A stretch of DNA of 64,000 nucleotides from an uncultured Gammaproteobacteria bacterium. GTDB taxonomy: Bacteria > Pseudomonadota > Gammaproteobacteria > JAURND01. Every line of letters begins with the position of its first letter. Positions within the stretch are counted from its first letter, which is position 1. The position numbers and the translations under genes are program-made. The stretch is taken from NCBI GenBank assembly GCA_963797335.1, contig CAWCOU010000006.1, positions 1,148,413 to 1,212,412 on the forward strand, written 5' to 3'. Of the stretch, positions 29,722 to 39,180 are shown in pieces. The notes beneath the pieces were generated by a model. That model was not told the origin of the DNA. It made no database searches and worked only from the letters and a program-made list of their open reading frames with translations.

Positions 29722-31232
29722 GCATCGGTGTGCAATCCTACCCTGAGCTATATACCATGCTGTTGGGCTGGAATCTCTACGATCAGATATGGGATTTACT
29801 CTCTCAATCCGGTTTGGCTTATTTACCTTTTATCGGCATAGTCCTGAGAAACATGGCCCAGCCTTATACTTCTCAAGAAACAAAAGATGCTGGTAGTACT
29901 TCGCTACGACGCATGGAAATAGATTTTATCGGAACATTGTTATTTATCTTTTTTGGCGTATCGCCAGCATTTGTATTAGACCCCTCCCTTGTTTCATACA
30001 CTCCGTTGTGCCCGGTGGATGGGAAAAGCGACACGGTGCATCCCGGCAATACCGGCACGACATACGATTCAGCATTCACGCTACCAACAACAGAAACACG
30101 AGTACCCATCTGGTGGTATGCCGTTATGGCTATGTCTGAAGGGATTACCTCAGCTGCAAACACGATGGTGGCCTGCGTTCCGAATTTAAGAAGTATGGTA
30201 ACGCAAGCCGACATGGCCAGGATTACCGACACTGAATTGAAGCAAGAAGTGGCGAATTTTGAAAAAGATTGTTACATACCGGCACGCACTCAATATCAAG
30301 CAGATCTCCATACTAATGCCAATACGCTGTTTGTCATCAACTCAGATATATCAGAATATGGGGAAGACGATACAGAATGGGCAGGTTCTCGCGGATTTAA
30401 TCAAACGTACTATCAAACTCAGAAAGCTTCCAAACCGGTCAAAGGATTTCTCTATGATCCCAATCAAGATATCAACGCAGATACGAATCAGGATAGCCCT
30501 CCTGCCTATGGAACTCCCACTTGCTACGAATGGTGGAACGATTCTGAAAATGGCCTAAAAGCTCGGCTAGAAAATGTCATGCCTACTAATTTTTGGAATG
30601 AATTTGCAGCTAAGGTGGGTGATGAAAAAACCAGGGATGATTTATTGAAATCAATTCTTTTTAACAATACCGGTTATGACAAGGCCAATAATATGATTGG
30701 CGATGTAGGTTATTCACACCTAGCTGCGGGATTGGGTCAATGGTTTCATCAATTAGAGGCTTATCCAAAATTGTATGCTGCCGCAGAATCTGCTCCGATT
30801 ATTCAGGCGTTACTCTTGCTGATGGTCTATGCTTTTTTGCCATTGGCTTTAGTATTTACCGGGTATAAGCCTGCTGCTTTCATCTCAGGGGCAGTGATTA
30901 TTTTTTCGCTGATCTTTTGGAACTTCATTTGGCATTTAGTGAGCTGGACGGATACTGCCTTGATGGATGCACTTTATGGGAATAGTTGGTTTTCTCATCA
31001 ATCTCCGAATGCCACATTGGTGGATATGATAACCGGTACATTGATTATTGTTGCACCATTGTTTTGGTTCAGTTTCATGGGGAGTATGGGGGTGGCTGTT
31101 GGTAATTTGGTCACAGCCGCATTTAGCACTTTAAATAAGACCGGTGAGGAATCAGCAGCAAAGGGAGCTAATTTAATAAAATCTGGAGCTAAAGCTGTTT
31201 ATAACACTCTAACTAAGCCAGAGAAAAAGTAA
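29718..31232 (+). CDS. polytopic membrane protein, TraG_N-like mating-pair stabilisation candidate
   Basis: 504 aa with N- and C-terminal TM clusters. Overlaps the previous stop (ATGA). Confidence 0.45.
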   Translation: MSIGVQSYPELYTMLLGWNLYDQIWDLLSQSGLAYLPFIGIVLRNMAQPYTSQETKDAGSTSLRRMEIDFIGTLLFIFFGVSPAFVLDPSLVSYTPLCPVDGKSDTVHPGNTGTTYDSAFTLPTTETRVPIWWYAVMAMSEGITSAANTMVACVPNLRSMVTQADMARITDTELKQEVANFEKDCYIPARTQYQADLHTNANTLFVINSDISEYGEDDTEWAGSRGFNQTYYQTQKASKPVKGFLYDPNQDINADTNQDSPPAYGTPTCYEWWNDSENGLKARLENVMPTNFWNEFAAKVGDEKTRDDLLKSILFNNTGYDKANNMIGDVGYSHLAAGLGQWFHQLEAYPKLYAAAESAPIIQALLLLMVYAFLPLALVFTGYKPAAFISGAVIIFSLIFWNFIWHLVSWTDTALMDALYGNSWFSHQSPNATLVDMITGTLIIVAPLFWFSFMGSMGVAVGNLVTAAFSTLNKTGEESAAKGANLIKSGAKAVYNTLTKPEKK

Positions 31233-31472
31233 ATTAAATTTCATTTTTCTTAGGTTGATTTGAATTCAGTAAGCTCGGATCCTGATCTGCCATTTCCATA
31301 AGCATGTCATGCGTAGTTTGTAGATTTTTGGCTTCGCTTCTTTTTGCATCTTCACAAAGTGCATTAAGAATAACACCAACTATTTTCCATAAAATTTTAA
31401 ATATGAATAGAGCAGGATGTCGATTTTTAGTGACAGTTTTATCTTCCATAAAATCACCTAGGATTAAAGGAT

Positions 31473-31841
31473 ATGCTTCACAGTAAGCAGCTAAAAAAAA
31501 TTACGAAACAACTATTTTTTCTGACAGGACTAATGTTACTTGTCATTGTTCCGTTGGTCTGGTTAGGTATTAAAAATCCTAATCAAATTCAAAATTTAGA
31601 GCATATTGTCTCACAAAATAAACTATTTTTCACCTCTTTACGTTGGCTCATCATTTTAGCTATTTTCAGTGCTTGGCCGCGCTTCATTCGCCGTCGAGCA
31701 AAGCATCGCTATTGGAAACCCGAAAAAACAATGTTTTGGCTCAATCAACGATTAAAAATAACGTTTTGGCTGATTATATTTGAAGTTCTCATCTGCGAAA
31801 ACTTGCTCTTGACGTTGATCCGTTTTCTGGAGGGTCACTGA
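31473..31841 (+). CDS. ICE membrane protein preceding the coupling protein
   Basis: 122 aa, 3 TM. Stop overlaps the traD start. Confidence 0.45.
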   Translation: MLHSKQLKKITKQLFFLTGLMLLVIVPLVWLGIKNPNQIQNLEHIVSQNKLFFTSLRWLIILAIFSAWPRFIRRRAKHRYWKPEKTMFWLNQRLKITFWLIIFEVLICENLLLTLIRFLEGH

Positions 31842-33871
31842 TGTCCATGCACAAACCCTTGGAAGCTTTGCTGCGACCTCCGTTAGAGTGGTATACCTCT
31901 GTTGTTGCTGTAACGGGCATCCTATTGCTTTACAGTGCATCCAACTTATTTTTAATGCCTTCAAAACTGGAGCAAATTGCCGTCGTTAGTTTATTAATTC
32001 TGGGCTTGTATCGCTTCAAGCAAGGCTACAGAGTATTCCGTTATCAACTGAATTTAAAACGAATGCCGACGTATAAAATAACTTCTAAACAAATTCCACC
32101 TGGCAGTAGAAAACTCTTTGTAGGCAAAGGTTTTTTATGGACAACGACTCATACTCAACGTCTGCGCGATTTGGACTTACCCTATAACTTGCATTATAAA
32201 AATCCCTCTTTTTTAAAGTGCTGGGCTAGACAAAAAGAACTCCGATGGGAAAGTAATCCCTTTTTGAAGAGATTTACCAAGTACTTATCAAAAAACTCAA
32301 TCTGGAATCCTTTTAGACCGTATCCAGATATTGGCGGTCAGCCCTGTATTCATGGTGTTTCCGAGCGAGAAGAGAATATTGCTATCAATTTAGCAGATCG
32401 AGCGAGTCACATGGTGGTGGTCGGCTTACCGGGAATGGGTAAAACCCGTTTTGCGGAGATACTTATCAGCCAGGATATCCGTCGAGGCGACGTGGTCATC
32501 GTTATTGACCCTAAAGGAGATTCCGATCTGCTCAAGCGTGTGTATACCGAAGCAAAATTAGCCGGTAGAGAAGAGGACTTGCTTATTTTACATCTCGGCT
32601 TCCCCCATATATCTGCTCGTTACAATCCGGTTGGAAATTTCACTCGGGTAACTGAAGTGGCAAACCGCATTTCCAATCAACTGCCCGGCTCCGGTGATTC
32701 TGCCGCATTCCGCGAATTTGGCTGGCAGTTTATTAATTCCATCGCACTTGCTCTGGTTTCAATGGGTGAGAAACCCGATTACCAGAAGATGAAATTTTAC
32801 ATCACCAAGATGGATTTGTTGTTGGAGAAATACCTTAATTTCTGGCTTCCGTCAGTGGATAACCAACTGGAAACCTGGCTGGCTTCCTATATCCGAGATA
32901 ATAGCACCAATAAGAAGGAAATCTCTCGCCTCCAAGCATTAATTGCTTACGTACAGGCACATCAACTGATTAATAATCCGGTATTTGACGATTTACACCA
33001 CGCTTGTAAGTACGACAAAGAATATTTCAGCAAAATTACTGCCTCTTTAGGCCCCCTCCTTAAGAAACTGACCACCGGCAAAGTCGCTGAATTACTCTCT
33101 CCAGATTATCAAGATACTCAGGATAATCGTCCCGTCCTGGATTGGTTACAAGTCATCCGAAATCGGCAAATTGTGTATGTTGGTTTAGACGCCTTAACGG
33201 ATAGAGAGGTATCGACTGCCGTAGGAAACGCTTTATTCGCTGACCTGGTCGCTGTTGCCGGACGCTTATACAAGCACGGCCTATACGACGGTTTTTACAA
33301 AACAGCTATGCAAAGTAAAATCCTACCGCGTATTTGCATCCATTCCGATGAATTCAATGAAATCATCGGTGATGAGTTTATTCCTTTGCTGAATAAAGGC
33401 AGAGGTGCAGGTATCACGGTGACTGCCTATACACAAACCTGGTCGGATGTGGAAGCTCGTCTGAAAGCTGCCGCCAAGGCTGGCCAAGTGGCCGGTAATT
33501 TTGGGACGGTGGTTATGTTCCGTTGCAAAGAAGCACGTACCGTTGAGATGTTGTTGGAGCAATTGCCTAAAGTGCCGATTTTACGTGTGATTCCTGCCTC
33601 TAGCAGCAGCGATACGGCGCACGGCGAAGAAGGCATATTCTTTCGCTCCAGCAATGAAGATCGGTTGAATCACAGCGAACAGCGTTTGATTGAACAAAAT
33701 GACGTATTGAACTTATCCAAGGGGCAAGCATTTGCGCTTCTGGAAGGGGGAAAGCTGTATAAATTGCGTATGCCGCTGCCTCAGCAAGAAGCGGTGGATG
33801 TCCCTGCGGATCTGGATAACATCCTACGTGTCATGCGTACACAAGCATTCCGTTTATTAAAAACTGCATAA
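31841..33871 (+). CDS. traD: TraD/VirD4-type conjugative coupling protein
   Basis: 676 aa. N-terminal TMs. Walker A VVGLPGMGKT. Walker B IHSDEF. Confidence 0.8.
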   Translation: MSMHKPLEALLRPPLEWYTSVVAVTGILLLYSASNLFLMPSKLEQIAVVSLLILGLYRFKQGYRVFRYQLNLKRMPTYKITSKQIPPGSRKLFVGKGFLWTTTHTQRLRDLDLPYNLHYKNPSFLKCWARQKELRWESNPFLKRFTKYLSKNSIWNPFRPYPDIGGQPCIHGVSEREENIAINLADRASHMVVVGLPGMGKTRFAEILISQDIRRGDVVIVIDPKGDSDLLKRVYTEAKLAGREEDLLILHLGFPHISARYNPVGNFTRVTEVANRISNQLPGSGDSAAFREFGWQFINSIALALVSMGEKPDYQKMKFYITKMDLLLEKYLNFWLPSVDNQLETWLASYIRDNSTNKKEISRLQALIAYVQAHQLINNPVFDDLHHACKYDKEYFSKITASLGPLLKKLTTGKVAELLSPDYQDTQDNRPVLDWLQVIRNRQIVYVGLDALTDREVSTAVGNALFADLVAVAGRLYKHGLYDGFYKTAMQSKILPRICIHSDEFNEIIGDEFIPLLNKGRGAGITVTAYTQTWSDVEARLKAAAKAGQVAGNFGTVVMFRCKEARTVEMLLEQLPKVPILRVIPASSSSDTAHGEEGIFFRSSNEDRLNHSEQRLIEQNDVLNLSKGQAFALLEGGKLYKLRMPLPQQEAVDVPADLDNILRVMRTQAFRLLKTA

Positions 33872-33885
33872 ATGAGGAAAATAGT

Positions 33886-34977
33886 ATGAGTCACACACAC
33901 CCTGAGTTGATGCCTTGTTTACCGGGAGAAACCATTGCGCAGCAACCATTGATTCGACCCTTGCTGTTGCAATTAAAGTCCCTGGTCAGCGCACCGCCGG
34001 ATATCTACCGGGAATTATACCTTGCTACCTTCACTGCATTTGCAGAGTTCTGTCAAGCCATGCCCTTTGATATGCAGCAACCGCAACCCTATAGCTTATT
34101 ACAACGCCAATTGGAATTGGCCATAACCGCGCTGAAATTGCGTCGCGGTCGCATGTTGCCTCAAAACTCTGAAAGTGAGTTGATCGCGGAGCAGGAACCC
34201 TTGTGGACATACGCTGTTTTCACAGCTTGCTTATTCAGCGGGTTAAATCGCCTGCAAAAGGATCGTATCGTTGAATTGTACCTCAATGAGAATGAGAAAA
34301 TCGGTCAATGGTCGGTATTGGCCGGAAATCTATTTGAGCCGAAAACATTTTATACCGTCAGCGGATGGCCGACCCGAACATGGCTGGATCACTTCAGTTA
34401 TCTGGCTTTGCTGATCGGCAGAATTGTTCCTGCTCAAGCTCTGCGCTGGTTGACGACGGACTACGAAGTTTTTTTTAATTGGTGGGAAGCCATTACCATA
34501 AACCTCTGCGAAGAGAGAAAGGATGGATTATCACTATTGATAAAGCAAGCAGCGGAAGAAATAGATTATTCATTCCTTGGAGAAACGTTTAAGAAAAAAA
34601 ATGAACATACCTCTCCATCGGCGAATTCAGCGTTAGAAGACTTCATTGCATGGCTGAAAAAACAATGCGAAGAGAACGGTTGCGACTCTGAGCGCGATCT
34701 ATTGCTGCGTATCCCGGAAGGTTTTTTTATTGAATTACATCGTGTTGCCGATTTTCTACGGTGTCATCCTCAATATGGTTCTCCAGAGCATTTTGTACGC
34801 ATTCTAAAAGGGTATTTACTAAAAGAGAACGATTCCACGGTACACTGCTACCGTTCAGCTCGTTTTGAAGAACGTTTGCTTTTGCATGGGGTTATCCTAC
34901 CTGAAGACTATTTACCACCCATCGTGAAATCGCTGCCCTATCAATCCAGTTTTGTCAGTGAAATCCCATTATTATAG
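33886..34977 (+). CDS. hypothetical ICE protein downstream of the coupling protein
   Basis: 363 aa, no motif recognised. Same operon. Confidence 0.5.
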   Translation: MSHTHPELMPCLPGETIAQQPLIRPLLLQLKSLVSAPPDIYRELYLATFTAFAEFCQAMPFDMQQPQPYSLLQRQLELAITALKLRRGRMLPQNSESELIAEQEPLWTYAVFTACLFSGLNRLQKDRIVELYLNENEKIGQWSVLAGNLFEPKTFYTVSGWPTRTWLDHFSYLALLIGRIVPAQALRWLTTDYEVFFNWWEAITINLCEERKDGLSLLIKQAAEEIDYSFLGETFKKKNEHTSPSANSALEDFIAWLKKQCEENGCDSERDLLLRIPEGFFIELHRVADFLRCHPQYGSPEHFVRILKGYLLKENDSTVHCYRSARFEERLLLHGVILPEDYLPPIVKSLPYQSSFVSEIPLL

Positions 34978-34986
34978 GAGCTTACT

Positions 34987-35661
34987 ATGAAGACTACATC
35001 GGAAACCCAAGCGAAGAAAAAACGCTCGCCTTTTTATATGGAGGGTGAAATTAATTTGATTTTACATACGCGAATGACACAATCGCTATTGGCGGGCAAT
35101 TGGGAATATGGTCAGCTCGGCCTGTGGCAATTCGCCTTAAAAATACGGGACTTATGGACAGCACATCAGGCTGATGACCCTTATGCAGATTGGTTCTTTA
35201 TGAAAATCGATGAGAAGATACATCGCATTCGCGAACAAGCCCATGAACTGGAAAATTATTGCCAACAAAGACTGGCACAACTTCGCGGGTTTAGCATTAA
35301 AGTATTTGAAAACCCTCGTCCTATGCAGCTTGATCTTAAGTTTGTCACCCCATTCAGCTATATGGGAGCGGCTTTACTTCCCGAATTAGATTATCTATCA
35401 CGCCAAGCGTATACATTACGTCACATGGGGCAATTATTAGAACCGGAAAAATCGCCCTCCAAAATTGCCGCCAATATACGCCAATTATTTTCAATCCCGA
35501 TGGGTTGGCGGAAATTAGTGACGCGGCAAGACATCCTAGATAATACGCCTGCTGCACAAGAAGCCATAAGTAAGATGGGCAAAATCCCTTCAGCAATCCT
35601 AAACAAAGAGATTAAGTTTTTATTTTTGTTGGATAATATGGCCGGAACTCGTGTTAAATGA
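34987..35661 (+). CDS. hypothetical ICE protein
   Basis: 224 aa. Starts 9 nt after the previous stop. Confidence 0.5.
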   Translation: MKTTSETQAKKKRSPFYMEGEINLILHTRMTQSLLAGNWEYGQLGLWQFALKIRDLWTAHQADDPYADWFFMKIDEKIHRIREQAHELENYCQQRLAQLRGFSIKVFENPRPMQLDLKFVTPFSYMGAALLPELDYLSRQAYTLRHMGQLLEPEKSPSKIAANIRQLFSIPMGWRKLVTRQDILDNTPAAQEAISKMGKIPSAILNKEIKFLFLLDNMAGTRVK

Positions 35662-35853
35662 TTACTCGGGTACTATTCTGCAATTTATTTTATAGATTTA
35701 CGACAATACTAAATATATAGTTTATTGTAGAGTTTTTAATAAAATTTCCGCAAATTTTCTTCTGGTGAAACTGGCATTGGTATCTTAGCCGCCATATAAT
35801 AGAGCCATTGTTCTGAGAGTTGTTCATTGATAATAACTATAGGGGGACTGTTT

Positions 35854-36204
35854 ATGGATTCGTTAGAAAAAATTCGCCAACATCAGAAAGAATTTATAGA
35901 GGAAAGAAATTGGGGAGAATTTCAATCCCCCAAAAACCTAAGTATGGCTCTCGCAGCCGAAGCTGGAGAGTTATTGGAAGTTTTTATGTGGTTGAACGAG
36001 AAACAAGTTGAATTATTAAAAATAAAGTACCCACATCTTTATCAAAATGCACGAGAAGAAATTAGTGACGTTCTTATTTATCTTGTTCGCCTTGCTGACG
36101 TTCTTAATATCGATTTACTGCAAGCGGCGCTGGAGAAAATAGAAAAGAATAAAAAGAAATATCCGATAGAAAAAGCACATGAACTATTACAGTCCGTTGA
36201 TTAA
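35854..36204 (+). CDS. MazG-like nucleotide pyrophosphohydrolase (small all-alpha NTP-PPase)
   Basis: LAAEAGELLEVFMW...EEISDVLIYLVRLA is the MazG/NTP-PPase signature. ATG at 35854 follows AGGGGGA. Confidence 0.65.
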   Translation: MDSLEKIRQHQKEFIEERNWGEFQSPKNLSMALAAEAGELLEVFMWLNEKQVELLKIKYPHLYQNAREEISDVLIYLVRLADVLNIDLLQAALEKIEKNKKKYPIEKAHELLQSVD

Positions 36205-36263
36205 TGTGTTAAGAACATTTGTGGTAAAGAATTCAGTTAAAATAGATATGTTATAAGTCGTTT

Positions 36264-36375
36264 CACTGTGCGACTTTAAATCACAGTGAAGACCAGGTGT
36301 GCTACGATGAAATTTCCTTGGTCGTCGGGATTTTTCCCGATTCGTAGCTGTACCCATTTTTGGGGATTCTACTGT
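36264..36375 (+). other. conserved structured noncoding element, copy A, in a ~280-nt hairpin-rich leader upstream of ssb
   Basis: Hairpin CACTGTG-cGACTtTAAAtCa-CAGTG, then GCTACGATGAAA ... TTCGTAGCTGTACCCaTTTT..GGGGATTCTaCT. The same blocks recur at 47978..48098. Confidence 0.5.
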
Positions 36376-36536
36376 ATTTTTTGGGGCTTAGGCTCTTTCT
36401 ACTGATTCGCGGGTTATACCCGTTCCTCATCGCAATGTATCGCGATTTTCCACTTCCTGACAGGGAAACTACTCTTCCCTGTTGGGCAAGATGCGTTTCT
36501 CTTTTAGGTTTTTCATAACTTTTAAGGAGAAACATC

Positions 36537-36974
36537 ATGTCATCTTCATTGAACCTCGTTCAATTAATCGGTCACGTCGGCAAAGAACCCGAAGCCTTAA
36601 AATCAGGCAAAAACGGCTCTTTTGTTCGCGTTTCTTTGTCAACCACCAAAACGTACACTTCAGAAACCGGTGAACGTAAAGAAGTGGTTGATTGGCATAC
36701 TGTGTATTTCAACAATCGTCTTGGCAACGTAGTTAAGGAGCATTTAAACAAAGGTTCCTATATTTATGTTGCTGGCGAATTGCGCACCACAGTATGGCAG
36801 GATAAAGAGAATCAAAAACGGTACAACACCGCCGTTTATGCCTCTGAATTAAAGTTTTTGGATAAAAAGCCCATGAACAAATCATCTTCTAAGGAGTTGT
36901 CGCCTGAACAGGAGTCAATACCGGATGAAGCTGAACTCAATGCCTACGAGGAATATGCAGAAGCTAATAATTAG
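36537..36974 (+). CDS. ssb: single-stranded DNA-binding protein
   Basis: LVQLIGHVGKEPE...TEWH OB-fold pattern. Acidic C-terminal tail. Confidence 0.85.
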   Translation: MSSSLNLVQLIGHVGKEPEALKSGKNGSFVRVSLSTTKTYTSETGERKEVVDWHTVYFNNRLGNVVKEHLNKGSYIYVAGELRTTVWQDKENQKRYNTAVYASELKFLDKKPMNKSSSKELSPEQESIPDEAELNAYEEYAEANN

Positions 36975-37000
36975 CTTCAGTTTTCCGCGTAGTGAAATCA

Positions 37001-37040
37001 CCCATAGGGGAATACCCCTATGGGTATTTCCCCTTTATTT
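37001..37040 (+). terminator. rho-independent terminator CCCATAGGGG-aata-CCCCTATGGG + T-run
   Basis: Perfect 10-bp stem followed by tatttcccctttatttttttatt. Confidence 0.6.
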
Positions 37041-37061
37041 TTTTATTGATAAGGAGGAAAT

Positions 37062-37424
37062 ATGAGTAAATTTGCACTTTGTTTATCCGGTTTTGGCGAC
37101 ATAACCGGTATCGAACGAGTACCAAGAGGGATGATGATTAAGATCAAAGTTCTTTCCAAGTCCTCGGATGATATTGAACTGGAATGCCTGGTAGATCAGC
37201 CGGATTTAATTGATCGGTTGGATACGCTCAGTCAGTCCTGCTACGACAAAGAGTATGTGGTGATACATTTTATCGCTCATTACTCGCAACTTTCGTATTG
37301 TTATACAGGCTGGACGAAGCAAGATCCCGACCAAATGGTACGGCTCAAGGGTAAGTTGATGGAATTTAAGGGTTGGGTGCGAGACGGCGAATTGCCTGCT
37401 CCCTCATCACCTAAAGACATTTAA
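37062..37424 (+). CDS. orphan hypothetical protein (120 aa)
   Basis: Strong RBS aaggaggaaat. Flanked by terminators. No homology recognised. Confidence 0.5.
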   Translation: MSKFALCLSGFGDITGIERVPRGMMIKIKVLSKSSDDIELECLVDQPDLIDRLDTLSQSCYDKEYVVIHFIAHYSQLSYCYTGWTKQDPDQMVRLKGKLMEFKGWVRDGELPAPSSPKDI

Positions 37425-37448
37425 TCATCAACTTATCGGAGGTATACT

Positions 37449-37808
37449 ATGGGTTATCCAGATCAAGCTAAAACGTTATTCCAGTTAACGACGGAGTTGA
37501 CTGATGCCAAAGTGGAGATTGCAGTGAGCAAAGCCATTACCCAAGTAGTTGAACAGATCATCAATCTCAGACATGAGATTGGCGATCTTAGACACGATAT
37601 GATTGAGCGTTTTTCCAAAGTGGAAAGCCGCTTGTCTTCTGTTGAAACGGCCTTGGGTAAGCGTAATCAAATTCGCGGTGAAATTCGTACCCGTATGTTT
37701 GATTACAGCTTTAAAGCGGGATGGATTGTCGGCTTTGTTGTTTTGTCGGCAACCGTCTCGTCATTGGTTGTGCTGTTGCATTCGCTGGCTAACGTTTATA
37801 TCCATTAA
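37449..37808 (+). CDS. orphan hypothetical coiled-coil protein with C-terminal TM anchor
   Basis: 119 aa. RBS ggaggt. Confidence 0.5.
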   Translation: MGYPDQAKTLFQLTTELTDAKVEIAVSKAITQVVEQIINLRHEIGDLRHDMIERFSKVESRLSSVETALGKRNQIRGEIRTRMFDYSFKAGWIVGFVVLSATVSSLVVLLHSLANVYIH

Positions 37809-37848
37809 CGACGGAAATTTATTTTTCGTCGTTCTCAATTTTCCCACC

Positions 37849-37893
37849 GGGGAGGAATCTCCCTGCGCAGGGCATTTCCTCCTCTTTTATCCA
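37849..37893 (+). terminator. long imperfect G-rich hairpin GGAGGAAtctCCCTGC/GCAGGGcatTTCCTCC + T-run
   Basis: Read directly. Member of a local hairpin family. Confidence 0.5.
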
Positions 37894-37905
37894 GGAGGAA
37901 ATTCA

Positions 37906-38490
37906 ATGATTACTCTAACTGGCACTTTACAGGTCAGTACGCAACATTGTTTATTGCATTGCAGCTTAGGCCGCTTTGTTGTTAACGATCTGCGTTTTCA
38001 GAACATTGCAACCGGTAAATACAACGGATTTTTTGAAATTCAAAAAATCGAAGCAACCGTTCTGCAAAAATCCCAAGGGCAAATGCAAGTGAGTTTGTTG
38101 GCTGTTGTTAAGGAATTTTCCTTAAATACCATGCCAATCAATCACAAGCCTTCGCTGAAGGGAAAGACGGTTTTGCTAAATTCGCAGCTTTCACTTTTTG
38201 ATGAGGAGATCACTGAAGCTCAAGTGTCCCACTCCAAAAGAGAAGTACCTGTGGGTGTTGGCAATCCTTCTTCATCCGTTGAATTGGATGCGGTTATTCC
38301 CGAAACTACAGCAAGTACATCTCCTGTAGAACCGGAAATGCCGTCTACGGAAGGAAAACTGGTTTTTCCAGAGGTTGTTGAGCTTGACCCTACGTTATCA
38401 AGAGAACAACTGAGAAAAACCGTTGCACAATTGCAGTCCCAGGGCTACCGATTTGAAAAAAGTCGCCAACTCTGGCTAAAAGTTGCCTAA
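37906..38490 (+). CDS. orphan hypothetical protein (195 aa)
   Basis: ATG at 37906 follows CCAGGAGGAA. The track ORF from 37603 overlaps the previous gene and terminator and is rejected. Confidence 0.5.
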   Translation: MITLTGTLQVSTQHCLLHCSLGRFVVNDLRFQNIATGKYNGFFEIQKIEATVLQKSQGQMQVSLLAVVKEFSLNTMPINHKPSLKGKTVLLNSQLSLFDEEITEAQVSHSKREVPVGVGNPSSSVELDAVIPETTASTSPVEPEMPSTEGKLVFPEVVELDPTLSREQLRKTVAQLQSQGYRFEKSRQLWLKVA

Positions 38491-38509
38491 TGGCATTAAT
38501 TTTCATCAA

Positions 38510-38560
38510 CCCCAATCGGGAGAGAATATCCTCCCGCAAGGGGATGTCTCTCCTTTTAAT
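38510..38560 (+). terminator. G-rich imperfect hairpin GGGAGAGAatatCCTCCCgcaaGGGGatgTCTCTCC + T-run
   Basis: Same family as 37849 and 39181. Confidence 0.5.
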
Positions 38561-38579
38561 TTAAACATAGGAGAATAGT

Positions 38580-39116
38580 ATGAAAACTTTATCGAAACAA
38601 ACACTGCCGGATTCCTTACAAAATTTTATGTTGGGTTTCAAGTTGCGGTTTTATCGCCGGATTCAAATTGCTATTGATAATCTCAATATCTTAATGGTCG
38701 GTGCATTAGAAGGTATGGCAATGAATATGACCTCCGGCACATTGGAATACGATGTGTACTGGTGTCACATAGTCACGGCAAGTAATGTCAGAAGTATCCG
38801 TGGGAAAATCCCATTTAACGAGATACGTAAAACATTGCGCACCGGTGACACTATATGGTGTGTCAAACCAGCCATATCCATAAGTGATGAGCCTTGTGTA
38901 TTTTATCGTGCCAAGGAACGCAGTGCTTTTAAGCCAGACGGTGCTGTTGTGCTGGATGGGCAGTGTCTGTGGGGGAATTGGATATCCGACCACAAAATGC
39001 AGTTGAGTGATAACTCAACCATTACCGTTGACGGGAAACGCCTTCGTCCTCGCAATTACGAGGAAGAAAGGGTTTTGAAACTCAATTATTTGGGTTACAA
39101 GGCTTCGCGTCGATAG
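38580..39116 (+). CDS. orphan hypothetical protein (178 aa)
   Basis: RBS aggagaa. No homology recognised. Confidence 0.5.
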   Translation: MKTLSKQTLPDSLQNFMLGFKLRFYRRIQIAIDNLNILMVGALEGMAMNMTSGTLEYDVYWCHIVTASNVRSIRGKIPFNEIRKTLRTGDTIWCVKPAISISDEPCVFYRAKERSAFKPDGAVVLDGQCLWGNWISDHKMQLSDNSTITVDGKRLRPRNYEEERVLKLNYLGYKASRR

Positions 39117-39180
39117 GCATTTGTTCAAGACGACCGGGTTTTTCTTTATTGGAAAACCCTTCGTTTTATTTCCCATATGG

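Noticed and set aside
33886-35661. Considered the 363-aa + 224-aa ORFs as a split MOBH relaxase
   Set aside because: No HD/3-His relaxase motifs are visible. A clean stop plus RBS separates them. The relaxase is probably outside the window.
36264-36375. Elements A and B as CsrA-sequestering RsmY/RsmZ-type sRNAs
   Set aside because: Hairpin loops lack the repeated A(N)GGA motifs characteristic of Rsm sRNAs. No CsrA paralog (lvrC-like) was found in the window either.
36302-36538. 78-aa minus-strand ORF
   Set aside because: It lies antisense across the conserved structured element A and the ssb leader and has no RBS. It is a by-product of the G/C-rich hairpins.
37603-37905. 5' extension of the track ORF 37603..38490, and similarly 39121..39240 for the methyltransferase
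   Set aside because: The extensions run through the preceding gene or terminator hairpins. Strong SD sequences sit in front of the internal ATGs at 37906 and 39241.
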